A stretch of 64,000 nucleotides of DNA, from NCBI RefSeq assembly GCF_009914755.1, contig NC_060925.1, one strand, 5' to 3'. This document shows positions 1 to 15,575 of the stretch, in pieces. The notes beneath the pieces were generated by a model. The model did no database searches. It was not told the DNA's origin and saw only the letters and a list, made by a program, of their open reading frames with translations. Each line of letters begins with the position of its first letter. Position 1 is the first letter of the stretch. The translations under genes and the position numbers were made by a program. Source of the stretch: the human T2T-CHM13v2.0 reference genome, Homo sapiens.

Positions 1-1065
1 AGAACCTATCTGCTCATTGGCCTAGGCAAAGAATTCATGACTAAGACCTCAAAAGCAAATGCAACAAAAACAAAAATAGACAAATAGGACTTAATTAAAC
101 TATAAAGCTTCTGCACAGCAAAAGGAATAATCAACAGAGTGAATAGACAACCTACAGAATGGGAGAAAATATTTGCAAACTACACATAAGACAAAAGACA
201 AATATCCAGAATCTACAAGGAACGCAAACAACTCAACAAGAAAAATAAAACTCCATTAAAAAGTGAGCAAAGGACATGAACAGACTTTTTCAAAAGAAGA
301 CATACAAATGGCTAACAAACATATGAAAAAAATGCTCAACATCACTATCATCAGAGAAATTAAAACCACAATGAGATACCATCTTACACCAGTCAGAATG
401 GCTATTAAAAAGTCAGAAAATAACAGATATTGGTGAGGATGTGGAAAAAGGAGGACACATATACACTACTGGTGGGAATGGAAATTAGTACAACCTGTAT
501 GACAAATGGTATGGAGATTTCTCAAAGAACTAAAAACAGAACTGCCATTCAGTCCAGCAATCCTACTACTGGGTATCTACCCAAAGGAAAAATCATTATA
601 TCAAAGATACCTGTACTCATATATTTCTTGTAGATTTATTCACAACAGCAAAGATATGGAATCAACCTAAGTATCCATTGATGGATGACTGAATACAAAA
701 AAATGGTGTGTATATACACCATGAAATATTACTCAGCCATTAAAAAGAATGAAATTATGTGTTTTGGAGCAACATGGATAAAACTAGAGGAAATTATCTT
801 AAGTAAAATAACTCAGAAAGTCAAATATTGCATACCGTCACTTATAAATGAGAAATAATGTATACACATGGACATAGAGCATAGAATAATAGACACTGGA
901 GACTCAGAAAGGTAACATGGTGAGAGGCGGTGAGGAATGAGAAATTAACTCATGGATACAATATATACTATTCAGCTGATGGTTACACTAAAAGCCCAGA
1001 CTCCACTACTATGAAATATATCCATGTAACAAAATGCACTTGGATCCCCTAAATGTATAAAAATA
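1..1065 (+). mobile_element. Older L1 (L1MA/L1PB-type) ORF2 end and 3'UTR
   Basis: Degenerate ORF2 C-terminal sequence and a 3'UTR ending catgtaacaaaatgcacttgg...aaaaat. Confidence 0.85.
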
Positions 1066-1800
1066 ACACTATTCAGCCATTTTAAAAAATGAAATTGTCA
1101 TTTGTGACAACATGGATGAACCTGGAGGACATTATGTTAAGTGAAATAAGCCAGACACAGAAAGACAAATACCACATGATCTCACTCATATGTGGAATCT
1201 AAAAAAGTTGATCTCATAGAAACTGAGAATACAATAGTGGTTACTAGAGACTAGGGAGGGAATTGGGAACATGGTGATGGGAAGAGAATGGTCAACAGGT
1301 ATGAGTTACAGTTAGATAGGAAGAATAAATTCTGGTGTTACATTGCACAGTAGAGTGACTATAGTTAACAATAACGTATTGTATATTTGAAAATAGCTAG
1401 AAGAGGGGATTTTGAATGTTCTCACCACAAAGGAATGTTCGAGGCAATCAATGTGTTAGCTAATTACTCTGATTTGATGTGTCAATTAAAAATAAAACTT
1501 TCAAAAATAATCAAAAAAGTGAATAGATATGCTAAGTGAAAGAAGCCAGACATAAAAGTCACATACCTTACAATTCTATTTATTTGAAATTCTAGAAGAG
1601 GTAAAACTATAGTGAAAGAAAGCACACAGGTTGCTGGGGTTGGGGGGTGGTGAACCATAAAGGGAATGATAGAAATATTATTTGTTTTGATTGTGGTAGT
1701 GTTTCATAACTACATACATTTCCAACACATCAAGCTACATACCTACATTTGATGAATTTTATTACATATAAATTATACTTTAATAAAGTTAATTTTAAAA
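1066..1800 (+). mobile_element. Stacked old L1M 3'-end fragments
   Basis: catggatgaacctggaggacattatgttaagtgaaataagccag and later L1M 3'UTR motifs; boundaries approximate. Confidence 0.75.
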
Positions 1801-3553
1801 GTGAAAGAGAGAGACCTGAGAAGGTCTAGCCCTATTTAATCATTTGGGAAAAAACACACACACACACACAAAACTGTCTTTGAGTATACAAGATCACATA
1901 GTTGGCAAAACAGGACTAGAATCTAGTTCCATAAATAAAATCCAAAGCTCTTTATATCATATAAATTGCCACTATTTGGCAGTAGGGAGTGGTGGCGGTG
2001 GATGCTTATATTGGTAATTCAATACCTCCTGCTGGAATACAAATTTAAAACCCTTATTCTGAAACTTTGAAGAATTCATAAAGTTATATTGGAAGGCTAT
2101 AATTAAAACAATGAGCAACAGATGTTCACTTTCTAGCCGTAATATGCTCATTCACTTTATTATGGCCATTTTTGCTCACCAAGTTAAATTTTTCACTATA
2201 AACCAGCATTCTATCCCTTTGATATACATCTATCAATAAGTCTCAATATTTGAAAAACAATGTAAAAAATTTAATTCATGATTCTAATGTATTATGACTG
2301 TAGCTTATGCTAAATGCAAACAATACTTATTGTGTTTTCTTTAGAAAATCACATTGAAGTAACTTATTTCAGGTAAATTCCTAATATAAATCCACAATTG
2401 TTTTTTTCTTTTTAATGCTTTGATATTATTGACATTACATACAAAAGTGGAGCAAAATATGAGTTCCCTTCTTTTTAGTATTATTTTGTCACTCTCCTAT
2501 TCATTTTTCTTAGCAATCTTCAATAACAGAAAAAAAAAGATGTTTATGACCCTTTCAACTGCCAATTTTTCTTTTTGCTTCTGGTTTTCTGATTTTTTTG
2601 TACCGAGATGACGATGCTGTTTCTTAATTTTATTGAATAAAAAGAACGTCCTACTTTGCAGTCACTCTATTTGCCTTCCAGATCTGCATAGAGTTCCAGG
2701 ATTAACACAACTTCTTCTGCTTACTTATTACAATCTAGCGCCTACTTGAGGATGGAAAACTGAAACAAGAAATAATATGTTTTCAAAGATAAACAGTTGG
2801 CTTTTCTTTTACCCTCATATTCCTGATTAAGATCGCCCTTGTCTGAATTTGCCAATGGAAAATGTCTAAGCTGCAAAAGATACCTGAGGCTAGATGTACA
2901 ATTAGTAGCTGTTTAGTACGCACCCTAGGTTGATTAAGATAATTAGAAATACACCCTAGGTTAATTAAGATAATTTTTAAAGGGTTAATCTTTTTCATCT
3001 TTGCAACTTCTCTCCCTTTGAAATATAGGCATACACCTTAACCCATAATTCAATGTCTTGATGTAGGAAGTCTAAGCAATAGTATTTCGTAAGACACAAA
3101 TTGCCACACTGTCGAAGCTTTAAATGAGATAACTGCATATATTCTGCATGCTGGATAATGTTTCATCTGTACAATGAACAAAAACTAGCTGAAGTTGGGA
3201 TTTAAAAATTACTGTTAGCAAAATGATACCTATTATGAAAACAGATTTCTAAAAACTTAAAAGCAATTCTGACATACACTGCTTATTTCCCATTACTTAA
3301 AACACAGTGTAAGGAAAGAAAATATTACCTATTTCTAACAAAACTATGTAGACAGAAAAAAAATTAGAACAGGAGTCCTTAGGCCACAATAAGACCCCTA
3401 AATATCACAGAACATAAAATTGTATAATTTAAAAGTTCAAAGTCTAAAACAAAATTATTTAAAACAACAGCACAAAATCTGTGCTATGAAAAAAAAAATG
3501 ATTGAAAGGAAGGGGGATGAGAAAGATGAGAAAAGCACTACCAGACTCCTTAC

Positions 3554-3700
3554 CCATTGTTGTTGGTGCTGGAGCTTCCTGATGGTATTTTCAGCTTGCT
3601 CCAGCTTAGCACTGGCCTCATCACTCTGCTGTTTGATGGTGGCCAACTCCCGTTTTATGAGGTAGTTTTCCTCAGCCTCCTGGGCTCTTGTCACTTGTCC
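3554..3700 (-). CDS. EVI5: EVI5 147-nt cassette exon: GQVTRAQEAEENYLIKRELATIKQQSDEASAKLEQAENTIRKLQHQQQW
   Basis: Weak cctaag|GGA acceptor, TGG|gtaagg donor, 49 open codons, heptad pattern; resembles EVI5L GQVTRAQEAEENYVIKREL. Confidence 0.9.
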
Positions 3701-4255
3701 CTTAGGACATAATTTTTGTGTGTGTAAAGCAATTTAGGATAGATTCAAGAAAGACTGCCTTTGTGAGGTTTAGTTATTTACTTTGACATGTTAAAAAAAA
3801 AAAAAAAAGTCACCTCAGCGAATAGAACAGCCTACGTAATCATTAGCTAGCAGCTTGTTATTGCTCCAGCAAATTTTCGGAAACTAAACGAAAAATTCAC
3901 CTGACAAGAACAATTCTTTCAGTCAATAAAAATTTAATTCATGCAATATTACTGAGTTGTACATGCAGGACTAAAATTTTCAATGAATAGTAGTTAATTT
4001 CACAGAATCCACTTATTGCCATTTTGAAATAAATACTTTAAAAAATAAGGTTAGCTTTAAAACGTGCAAAAATAAACCAAGATAACACCTTGTTACAAAA
4101 AATTAAATTTATACCCACATATACCACCCAAAGAATTATTTCTAGAAAAACGCATGTAAAATTGCATGCATTAAAATATGAATTTCGAGGTTTAGGACTT
4201 TCCTTAGAAGTTAGAGAAGATGTTTTAAAAAACTAAAACAAAACAAAAACTATAC

Positions 4256-4288
4256 CTGTATCAATCTATCTGCCAAGGAAGCACTTTC
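4256..4288 (-). CDS. EVI5: EVI5 33-nt cassette exon: ESASLADRLIQ
   Basis: ccttttgtag|GAA acceptor, CAG|gtatag donor, phase 0-0; resembles the ESAALADRLIQ segment I recall from paralog EVI5L. Confidence 0.9.
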
Positions 4289-4561
4289 CTACAAAAGGAA
4301 AAATTCAGATAGAAATATAAGAGAAAGAAATAAAAGTGATAAAATTAGGAAAAAAGAAACAAATATACCCAAATTCCATCTACTTTTCATTGCTAATTAA
4401 AATGGACATTTAAAGTTTAAAACCATTTTTTACTGAATGTTTTTATTTTTAAACCTTAAGAAAAATATATAAAAACAAGGATAGGTGGTTGAAAATCATG
4501 TGTTTCCAGAAGATACCAAACACAAATTCCAAGTGGGTTTTCATTACCTGGAACAAGCAAA

Positions 4562-4883
4562 TTTTTTTGTTTGTTTGTTTTGTTTTTTTAAAATAGAGAC
4601 AGGGTCTCACTCTGTCACCCAGGCTAGAATGCAATGGCATGATCATGTAGCTCATTGTAACTGCCAACTCCTCGGCTCAAGGAGTTGGTCCTTCTGCTTC
4701 AGCCTCCTGAGCAGCTAGGACTACAGGTGTGTGCCACCACATGTAGCTAGTTTTAAAATTTTTTGTAGAGATACAGTCTTGCTATGTTACCCAGGCCAAT
4801 CTTGAACTCCTGGCCTTACGCAATCCTCTTGTCTCAGCCTCCCGAAGTGCGGGGATCATAGGCGTGAGCCACTGCACTCAGTC
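4562..4883 (-). mobile_element. AluJ-like
   Basis: Reverse Alu dimer. Confidence 0.9.
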
Positions 4884-5763
4884 AAATATTTCCTCTTCCT
4901 CTTTTGGTATATTTACATCTTTTAGACTTAATCCATATTGTCAACCCACTTACATGAAAGGGAGAAGGAATTTGAGTAAGCAATTCCAATTATAAAGTGT
5001 GACAGCAATTTGTGCAACCACAACTTTCAAAGAAACAAAGCAAGGAAAATATGACAAATAAAATTAATGAGCTAAACTTAAACTTTAGCAATAACTGAGA
5101 AAGTATACTTTTTTATTACAGAATTCAATTGATACATAGTATTTATAGAATTCTAAGTGCTAAGTGACACATCTGGGCCATCTAAGCCAATAAAAAAAGG
5201 AACTTAATTTTCTAGAAGCAAAATCCAAACTTAACACTTTCTTACAGCATCATTCTCATTCCGAAGGTTCAATGAAATATTATAATCCTTTCCCAGTTTA
5301 AATGTCTTACTCCAAAGATTTAAAAAAAAAAAAAAAAAACTAAGAAGATGCATATTTGACTGTAAGCTAGATATTTAGTGGGAAAAAAGAGTATATAATT
5401 AAAACAACTTAAAAGCAAGCTCAATCTTCCTGTGGAGTCACCAAAAGTAGAATTACTCTCATAGCAACCCTAACATGATGAGAGAAAAACAGGGAAACTA
5501 TTTTTGACTTAATATGATGTATCTGCAATTATTATACAACAAAGGCAGATATGTAATAAATATCCTGTCCTTACGCACTTCTATTTAATATGAAATCATC
5601 AATACTTTTCAAACAAACGACAAATACTGCAAAATATCCATATTTCCATTTATTTATTTCTTGATTGTAGATTTTCAGGGAAGATTTTAAGATCCTTGGC
5701 AATATGATGAGGGGTATGTTTAAATCTACTTACTCTTATCTCTAGTTAAAGAAAGAAAAAAGT

Positions 5764-6123
<360 letters not shown>

Positions 6124-6777
6124 TTAAACCATACTTTTACTACTCAATTCATTCTTATAGCATCTGTAAATGACTACAAAAGATTTTTCATCAAAAGCAC
6201 ACTATGAAAAATAATGCAAAATTTCCATATTTGCCCACTCTATATAAAACAGAGAAAATGTAACAAGTAGATACTAAAATAATTATAAGAACTAAAAGTT
6301 TATGCACAATTCCTTTGTGCTGAAAATCAACATGAGTGAATTTTTATATAAGGAATCAGTCACTTCGACTAAAAGCAATCCTAGGCCTTAAAGGAATCAC
6401 TGCCACACTTCCAATATGCTAGAAAGTCCAGGGCAACATTTGAAACTCATCTTTAAAATGCTATATCAGAATGGACTCCCAACTAAATTATAAAAGAACA
6501 TACTTTTTAGAAATTATGTGTAAAGAAAACAAATAGTATCAATATGTTACTGTTAATCTCAGTTAAAACCTGAATACTAAAGTTTAAGAACCAGTACAAC
6601 TGATCAATTTTTATTAGTAACAAGTTATCTGGCTAAATAAATAGTAAGGTAAGCAAGCTAAGCAGTCAATACTACAACATAGGAGACATGTGCCAGAATT
6701 TTTGAGGATTTTTAATAAATATACAGAAAAAACACCAGGCATTCAACAGAAGCTTGCATAAGTAGTCACTTACTTAC

Positions 6778-6831
6778 TTTTTCTAATGTCTCGATGCGCT
6801 GTTTTAAAAGTCTATTTTCTGTGCGTAACCT
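6778..6831 (-). CDS. EVI5: EVI5 coding exon, 54 nt: RLRTENRLLKQRIETLEK
   Basis: ttcttggcag|AGG acceptor, AAA|gtaagt donor. Confidence 0.95.
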
Positions 6832-6994
6832 CTGCCAAGAAAAAAAAAGTTTTATTTGCAAGCATTTTTGAGAGGAAAAAAAAGATTTCTAAATCACAGT
6901 CCTGAAAATGTATCACCTTTTATAAATAAGAAAGGAGTCTAAGGAATGATTACATTATCAAATGTCAAAGACTCAGAGTAAGAAATACACAGAA

Positions 6995-7429
6995 GGCAGG
7001 GCACCATGGTTCACGCCTGTAATCCCAGCTCTTTGGGAGGCCAAGGCCGGCAGATGGCTTGAGCTCAGAAGTTCCAGATGAGCCTGAGTCTGGGCAACAT
7101 GGCGAAACCTCGTCTCTATGAAAACTACACACACACACAATTTAGCCAGGAATGGTGGTGATGAGCCTGGGCAACAGGGTGAAACCTTGTCTCTATGAAA
7201 AACACACACACACACATGCATGCATGCACACACATACACACACAGAATGGTGGTGCGAATCTGTCGTCCCAGCTACCTGGGAGGCTGAGGTGGGAGGCTG
7301 GGAGGTGGGGGCTGAGGTGGGGGGCTGGGAGGTGGGGGCTGAGGTGGGGGTGGTGGAAGTTGTAGTGAGCCGAGATTGGACCACTGTACTCCGGCCTGGG
7401 AGACAGAGTGAAACCCTGTGTCCAAAAAA
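6995..7429 (+). mobile_element. Rearranged AluJ with internal duplication, CA repeats and G-rich expansion
   Basis: Repeated ctgggcaaca...tctctatgaaaa(CA)n block and GGGAGG/GGGGG repeats in the right arm. Confidence 0.88.
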
Positions 7430-7547
7430 GGGAGGGGAGGGGAGGGGAAGGGAGGGGTTGGGAGGGGAGGGAAGGGGAGAAGAAAGGAAAGGAAAGAGGA
7501 AAAAGAAAAGGAAAAAGAAGGGAAAGGAAAGGGATAAAGAAAGAGAA
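7425..7547 (+). repeat. Polypurine (GGAGG/GAAA) low-complexity tract replacing an Alu tail
   Basis: Almost pure purine for about 120 nt. Confidence 0.9.
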
Positions 7548-7848
7548 ATAAATACACCACAGCAAAGGAAATACTCACATTCATCATTCCAGCTGTGATT
7601 AAATTTAAATACACTCTACAGTACATATAGAAATAAGCCCTTCCATTTCTATACATACTTACCATAATGACTCATAATCAAATATTTTCTTATGTGTTTT
7701 AACATCCTCATTAGACAAAAAAGATTCTAACTTGCCTACCTCCAACAGAGCCTACCTATATAATTAATATTCAAATGTCAGTTGAATGAAGAAACAGGAG
7801 ATCTAAAAAATGCACGTTCATAGGCTAAACATCAAATTTTCCATTTAG

Positions 7849-8140
7849 GGCCTGGCTCAGTGGCTCACACCTGCAATCCACTTTGGGAGACCAGGCAGGT
7901 GGATCACTTGAGCTTGAGTTCAAGACCAGCCTGGACAACATGGCAAAACCCTGTCTCTACAAAAAATATAAAAATTAGCTGGGCGTAGTGGCATGTGCCT
8001 GTAGTCCCAGCTATTCAGGAGGCTCAGGGGGAAGACGGCCTCAGCCCTGGAAGTGGAGGTTGCAGTGAGCCAGTATCACATCACAGCATTCCATCCTGGG
8101 CAACAGAGCAAGACCTTGTCTCAAATTTAAAAAAAAAAAA
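7849..8140 (+). mobile_element. AluJ-like
   Basis: Alu dimer, flanking repeat ...ccatttag. Confidence 0.9.
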
Positions 8141-8350
8141 TTGCCCATTTAGACTTCAATAGTCTCCATTTATTATACAGTATAGATGACAAGTTGCAAA
8201 ATTCTGAAAATACAAAGAATTTATTAATTTTTTCTGAGAAAACAACTCCAATTACTAGTATCTCCTCATAGTTCAAAAAGTAAAACCAGATTTTTTTGAA
8301 AAGCACTTTACCTAATTATTCAATGCCTGGTTCCCAAAAAACTTGTCTAA

Positions 8351-8753
<403 letters not shown>

Positions 8754-10103
8754 TCAAGGTGATAACTTACTTTTTTGTACCAATTTGTTCCAGAACTCAA
8801 TCAAGGGCCTTCTTCCAGCCCCACCTTCCTATAAATTTCTGCTAAAAAATGTCTGTCTCAGAAAATTCTTCCATCAATTCAACCTATTATTTTGCCAGTA
8901 AAGACTTAAATATGGCTTTATATAACATATAAAGTATTAGTTCAGGGAAATGAGAGACTCTATGAATTACTGCATCTTATTAAAGTGGATCACAAATTGA
9001 AACAAATCTTAGAGTTATTACAAAGATACTTGGCAAATTAGATTTCTTGTTCTATTCACTAAAATTCAGATGATCTGAAATAGACATTATGATATACAGG
9101 AAAGTTAATAACTAATCTCAGACAAAATAACAGCTTGAGAAGTAGAAAATGTTCTTATGTCTTGGCTCCTCCTACTGTGTGCAGCATAGTAGTCTACACA
9201 AATAAGCAATTATTAAATGCTGCTAAAGTCTAGAGAGCCAAAGAAATAAATGGGATTCTCAAAATGTTCTCAATCATATTTCATCAACAAAAGGTAATGT
9301 TTTATCTTAAAAGATTTAGAAAACTAAGTTCCCACCAGACAACTGAGTGAATAAAGTTATGACAGAAATCATGCTAAAATAAAATTTAGAACTGAAAACA
9401 CTCATCTGGATTTCCTTCCCCAACCCCTTTTACGGCTTCTGAAATCTATTTCATTATAAATAAAAATCTAAATTGATTTTCTCCCACAAACAACTAACCA
9501 AATGCTTAACACCATTTAAAAAATAAATCACCACTTCCTCATTTGTATAATATTTACATCAGGAATTGATCAATAGACTTTTTCAGTTAATACAGACCAT
9601 TTCAGGGTTACTTTTACGTTTCAAGTGTTACTGTCTTCTTTTTTTAAAACTAATATCACAGTATTTTGGTAATTATAGCTTTGCTATCTGTTTTAATACC
9701 TAGTAGAGCTAATATCCCCTGTTCTTACATTTGTTTATTGTTCCCAAACCCCAAATACTAGTATACTAAAGTAGCTAAGAGACTAGGTTTTGAAGTTAGG
9801 CAGATTTAAGTTCAAATTCTCATTCTACAATTAACACTTGCACATGACATTCAATGTTTTAGAATCTCCATTTCCTCATCCAGAAATTAAGAGTAATCAA
9901 ACCTACAGGGAACTGAAAAATTAAATGAGATAGCATAGCACCTAATATATGCCAAATACTCAGTTAATGATAAGCACTGCCCACAATAGTTTTGAAGTTA
10001 GGCATGAATATTATTTTACTACTTTTGTCTATTTTTAGAATTATTCTTAAGATTTTTTTATTGCCCTGGAATTTTACAAGGAATTAAATTTCACTGAATT
10101 TGA

Positions 10104-10385
10104 GGGCCAGGTACAATGGTTTACAGCTGTAATCCCAGAACTTTGGGAGGCCAAGGCAGGTGGATCACTTGAGGCCAGAAGTTCGAGACCAGCCAGGCCA
10201 ACATGGCAAAACCCCATCTCTACTAAAAATACAAAAATCAGCCTGGCATGGTGGCGCATGCCTGTAATCCCAGCTACTTAGGAGGCTGAGGCAGGAGAAT
10301 CACTTGAATCCAGGAGGTGAAGGTTGCAGTGAGCCAAGACCATGCCACTGCACTCCGGCCTGGGCAACGGAGCAAGGCTCTGTCT

Positions 10386-10422
<37 letters not shown>
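10104..10422 (+). mobile_element. AluS with long A tail
   Basis: Alu dimer followed by about 36 A. Confidence 0.92.
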
Positions 10423-10426
<4 letters not shown>

Positions 10427-11449
10427 CTGGGAAATTCATATCTTTATATAACATGGAGCTATTTTTGTCTATCTTTAGTTATCTTTTTAAAATGTCTGTA
10501 TGTAAAGTTTTCCAGTGTTTGTTAGGTCCTATTCTATTTTTCATTTAGGTTACTCCTAGATATACTTTTATTTTTATTTCAAATGGAACTTCTTCCAGTA
10601 TATTTTTGAACTGTTTATTGACGATACATAGAAAGGTTAATAACTAAAATCTACCACCTGATTGATTCTCAATAATTCTTCAATATCTTCCTCACATTTT
10701 CTAGAATAGAGTGCTTCCTAAACTTTAAAGTGAAAACCACAGAGAGGAAGATACCTAGATATAGCTACATACAAATGTTTATCTTGTACATTGAAAAAGA
10801 AAATAGAGACAATTTTTTGACCTACCAAATTAGAAAAAAAAGAGACTAAAAGTGAGAGCAAGAATGAAATACTTAGTGTTGGCAAAGTAGTCATTAAATG
10901 GAAACTTGTTGCTAAGACAAACATACCCTGGACACATTCTTTAGGAAATTTACGTATTATACATCAAAAGTCTTTAAAATGCTAATATCTTGTAACTTAT
11001 TAATTCTACTTTTTATAACTGGCTATGGAAATAATAATAGGAGACAAAAAACTTGTTATATACAAAGATGTTAACCATTAGCATTATTTTTAATAAGAAA
11101 AACTGAAAACAACCTTATATCCTGAAATAGGATAATCTCATTTCAAATAACCCACTCTTCAATCACTATTTCCTATTCTTTCCAGCTTACTCAGTTTACA
11201 AAGTAACCCAACCCCAACAATTGTTTTCACTGAGACAGTCTAGTGATCCCAACAACTTTTCACTGTCCCTCAATCCTTGATGTTCTCTATTCCTTCTTGA
11301 CAAAGTTTAATTTGCAATCATTATACGGCTCCCTTGCTTTTAAGCCCCCTTGCCCTTCTCTCCCTTCGTAGTATAACTGCCTGGAAAAAACACTACTCTG
11401 GATCAACTATCTGACAATTTTGAGTCTGTACCTATGCCAGTAAATATGA

Positions 11450-13600
<2,151 letters not shown>

Positions 13601-14359
13601 GTTATTGAATAAATCAGGCTAGCATACCTCCCTTGGATATTATGTAGCCATTAGTTTTTTTAATGAAAAGTTTGATATGCCAGAGAAAAATGGGCATCCA
13701 AATCTTACATCACAAATATATCAAAGTCTCTCTTGGAAAGCAGCAGCAGCACAGTGTATATACTGAAGAATACACATGGGCCTTAGAATAACACAAATCA
13801 GACTTCAAATCCTTGACTCTGTTTCCTCGCAATGTGACCACTGGCATAATATTTGAGCTTTCTGAAGCCTAATTTCTTCACAGGTAAGGATAAGAACCCT
13901 TTAATAATGCTGTTTTAAGAATAAGGGGAAATAATGCATGTAAGTGACCCATCATATATTAAGGGCTAAATAAATGTGAGCTTCAATTCTAATACTTCAC
14001 ATTGATTGTTAAAATGTAATTCCTGGGCAACTTAGATAACACTTCTCTTTTTTTTTTTTTTTTTTTCATTTTTATGCCAGGCAGTGAATATGTGAGCACT
14101 TTTATATTATTTTCTGGCTTTCAGCATATCTGAAATGTACCATAGTTTTTAAACAGGAAAAAATACTTTACTTTTGACTAAAAACTGGCCAGAATTTCTC
14201 ATACTTCTCATTTTAGGGCTTTAGATCTCTGCATCCCGAAGCACAAATTTAAATATAAAAATTAGATTAACTGTTCGTATGTCTATCAGAATCAAAGTTT
14301 TTTTCCTTTTTAAAGATTTGTGGGTTACCCTAATATAAGCTAGAATTTTAGTTTTATAA

Positions 14360-14495
14360 TTTTTTTCTTTTTTAAAATTGAGATGGGGTCTTGCTATGTT
14401 GTCCAGGCTGGTCTCAAACTCCTGGGCTCAAGTGATCTGCCTGCCTCGGCCTCCCAAAGTGCTGGGATTATAGGCGTGAGCCACCGCGCCCGGCC
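14360..14495 (-). mobile_element. Alu left monomer (FLAM-like)
   Basis: Monomer only; flanking repeat ctagaatttta. Confidence 0.85.
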
Positions 14496-15137
14496 AAACT
14501 AGAATTTTAATATTTTTCACCTCCTCCCAATCAGGTAGAACATCAATAGACTGGAAGAAGATACTGATAAAGATGTTTCTATTAACAAAAAATTTCACAC
14601 GCAAAATTTAAGATTTTCCATATGAAGACATTATTATCAAAATCTTCCTATAACACTTTTAGGGAAGAGGTGAAAAAATACTTAAAAGTCGCATCTTAAC
14701 CGGGGGCTCACTGACAGATATAGTTCTTAGAATAGAAGGTCATCACCCCAAAGGTCTTATAATTTAATTAAAGTAAAAACAACAGAGACCTTATAAACAC
14801 ATTTCACAACATCAAAGGCTAATTTTATACTTCCATATCAAAACATCAAACAATTTGATGATCATACCAATGGGCTGTAAAAATAATGGCACAAAACTAT
14901 CTTCCCATGGACTTTTAAAAAGAACCAAGGCAAGAAAGTACTAGTTTACAACCAGAACCCATTCTCTTGTAAAAGAGACTTTTGCGGGAGGGAGGGAGTG
15001 TGTGTAAGAAGTAGCATTTCCCATTTTACAGCAAGGCTCAATTAATATTATACCTGGCTAATGAATTGTAAATAAGGTGGTCATCTGATCATGATTAGAA
15101 TGAGTTGTCAGGGTCTAAGTAAAAAAATCAGACACCC

Positions 15138-15575
15138 TGGAACCAACCCAAATGCCCATCAATGATAGACTGGATAAAGAAAATGTAGCACATATACACC
15201 ATGGAATACTAAGCAGCCATAAAAAAGGATGAGTTCATGTCCTGTGCAGGTACATGGATGAAGCTGAAAACCATCATTCTCAGCAAACTAACACAGGAAC
15301 AGAATACCAAACACCACATGTTCTTGCTCATAAGCAGGAGTTGAACAATGAGAACACATGGACACAGGGGAGGGGAACATCACACACTGGGGCCTGTCAG
15401 GGGGTGGAGGGCTAGGGAAGGAATAGCATTAGGAGAAATACCTAATGTAGATGACGGGTTAATGGGTGCAGCAAACCACCATGGCACGTGTATACCTATG
15501 TAACAAACCTGCATGTTCTGCACATGTATCCCAGAACTTAAAGTATAATTAAAAAAAAAAAAGTATTCAGTTGAA
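15138..15575 (+). mobile_element. 5'-truncated L1PA 3' end with 17-bp TSD
   Basis: L1PA 3'UTR plus A tail; TSD aaaaaaatcagacaccc at 15121-15137 and 15576-15592. Confidence 0.92.

Noticed and set aside
2921-2975. 24-bp direct repeat with 31-bp period; similar short duplications at 29278-29320 and 33301-33350
   Set aside because: Two or three copies only, ordinary slippage; no spacers or cas genes, so not CRISPR-like
3420-3665. 81-aa plus-strand ORF as an antisense gene
   Set aside because: Shadow of the 147-nt coding exon; no independent support
4541-4560. ttgttccag|gtaatg as a recursive splice site
   Set aside because: Short intron and short pyrimidine tract next to an Alu tail; such AG-GT motifs are common by chance
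7125-7665. 130-148 aa Pro-rich and Gly/Lys-rich ORFs
   Set aside because: Translations of the G-rich and polypurine repeat within an Alu
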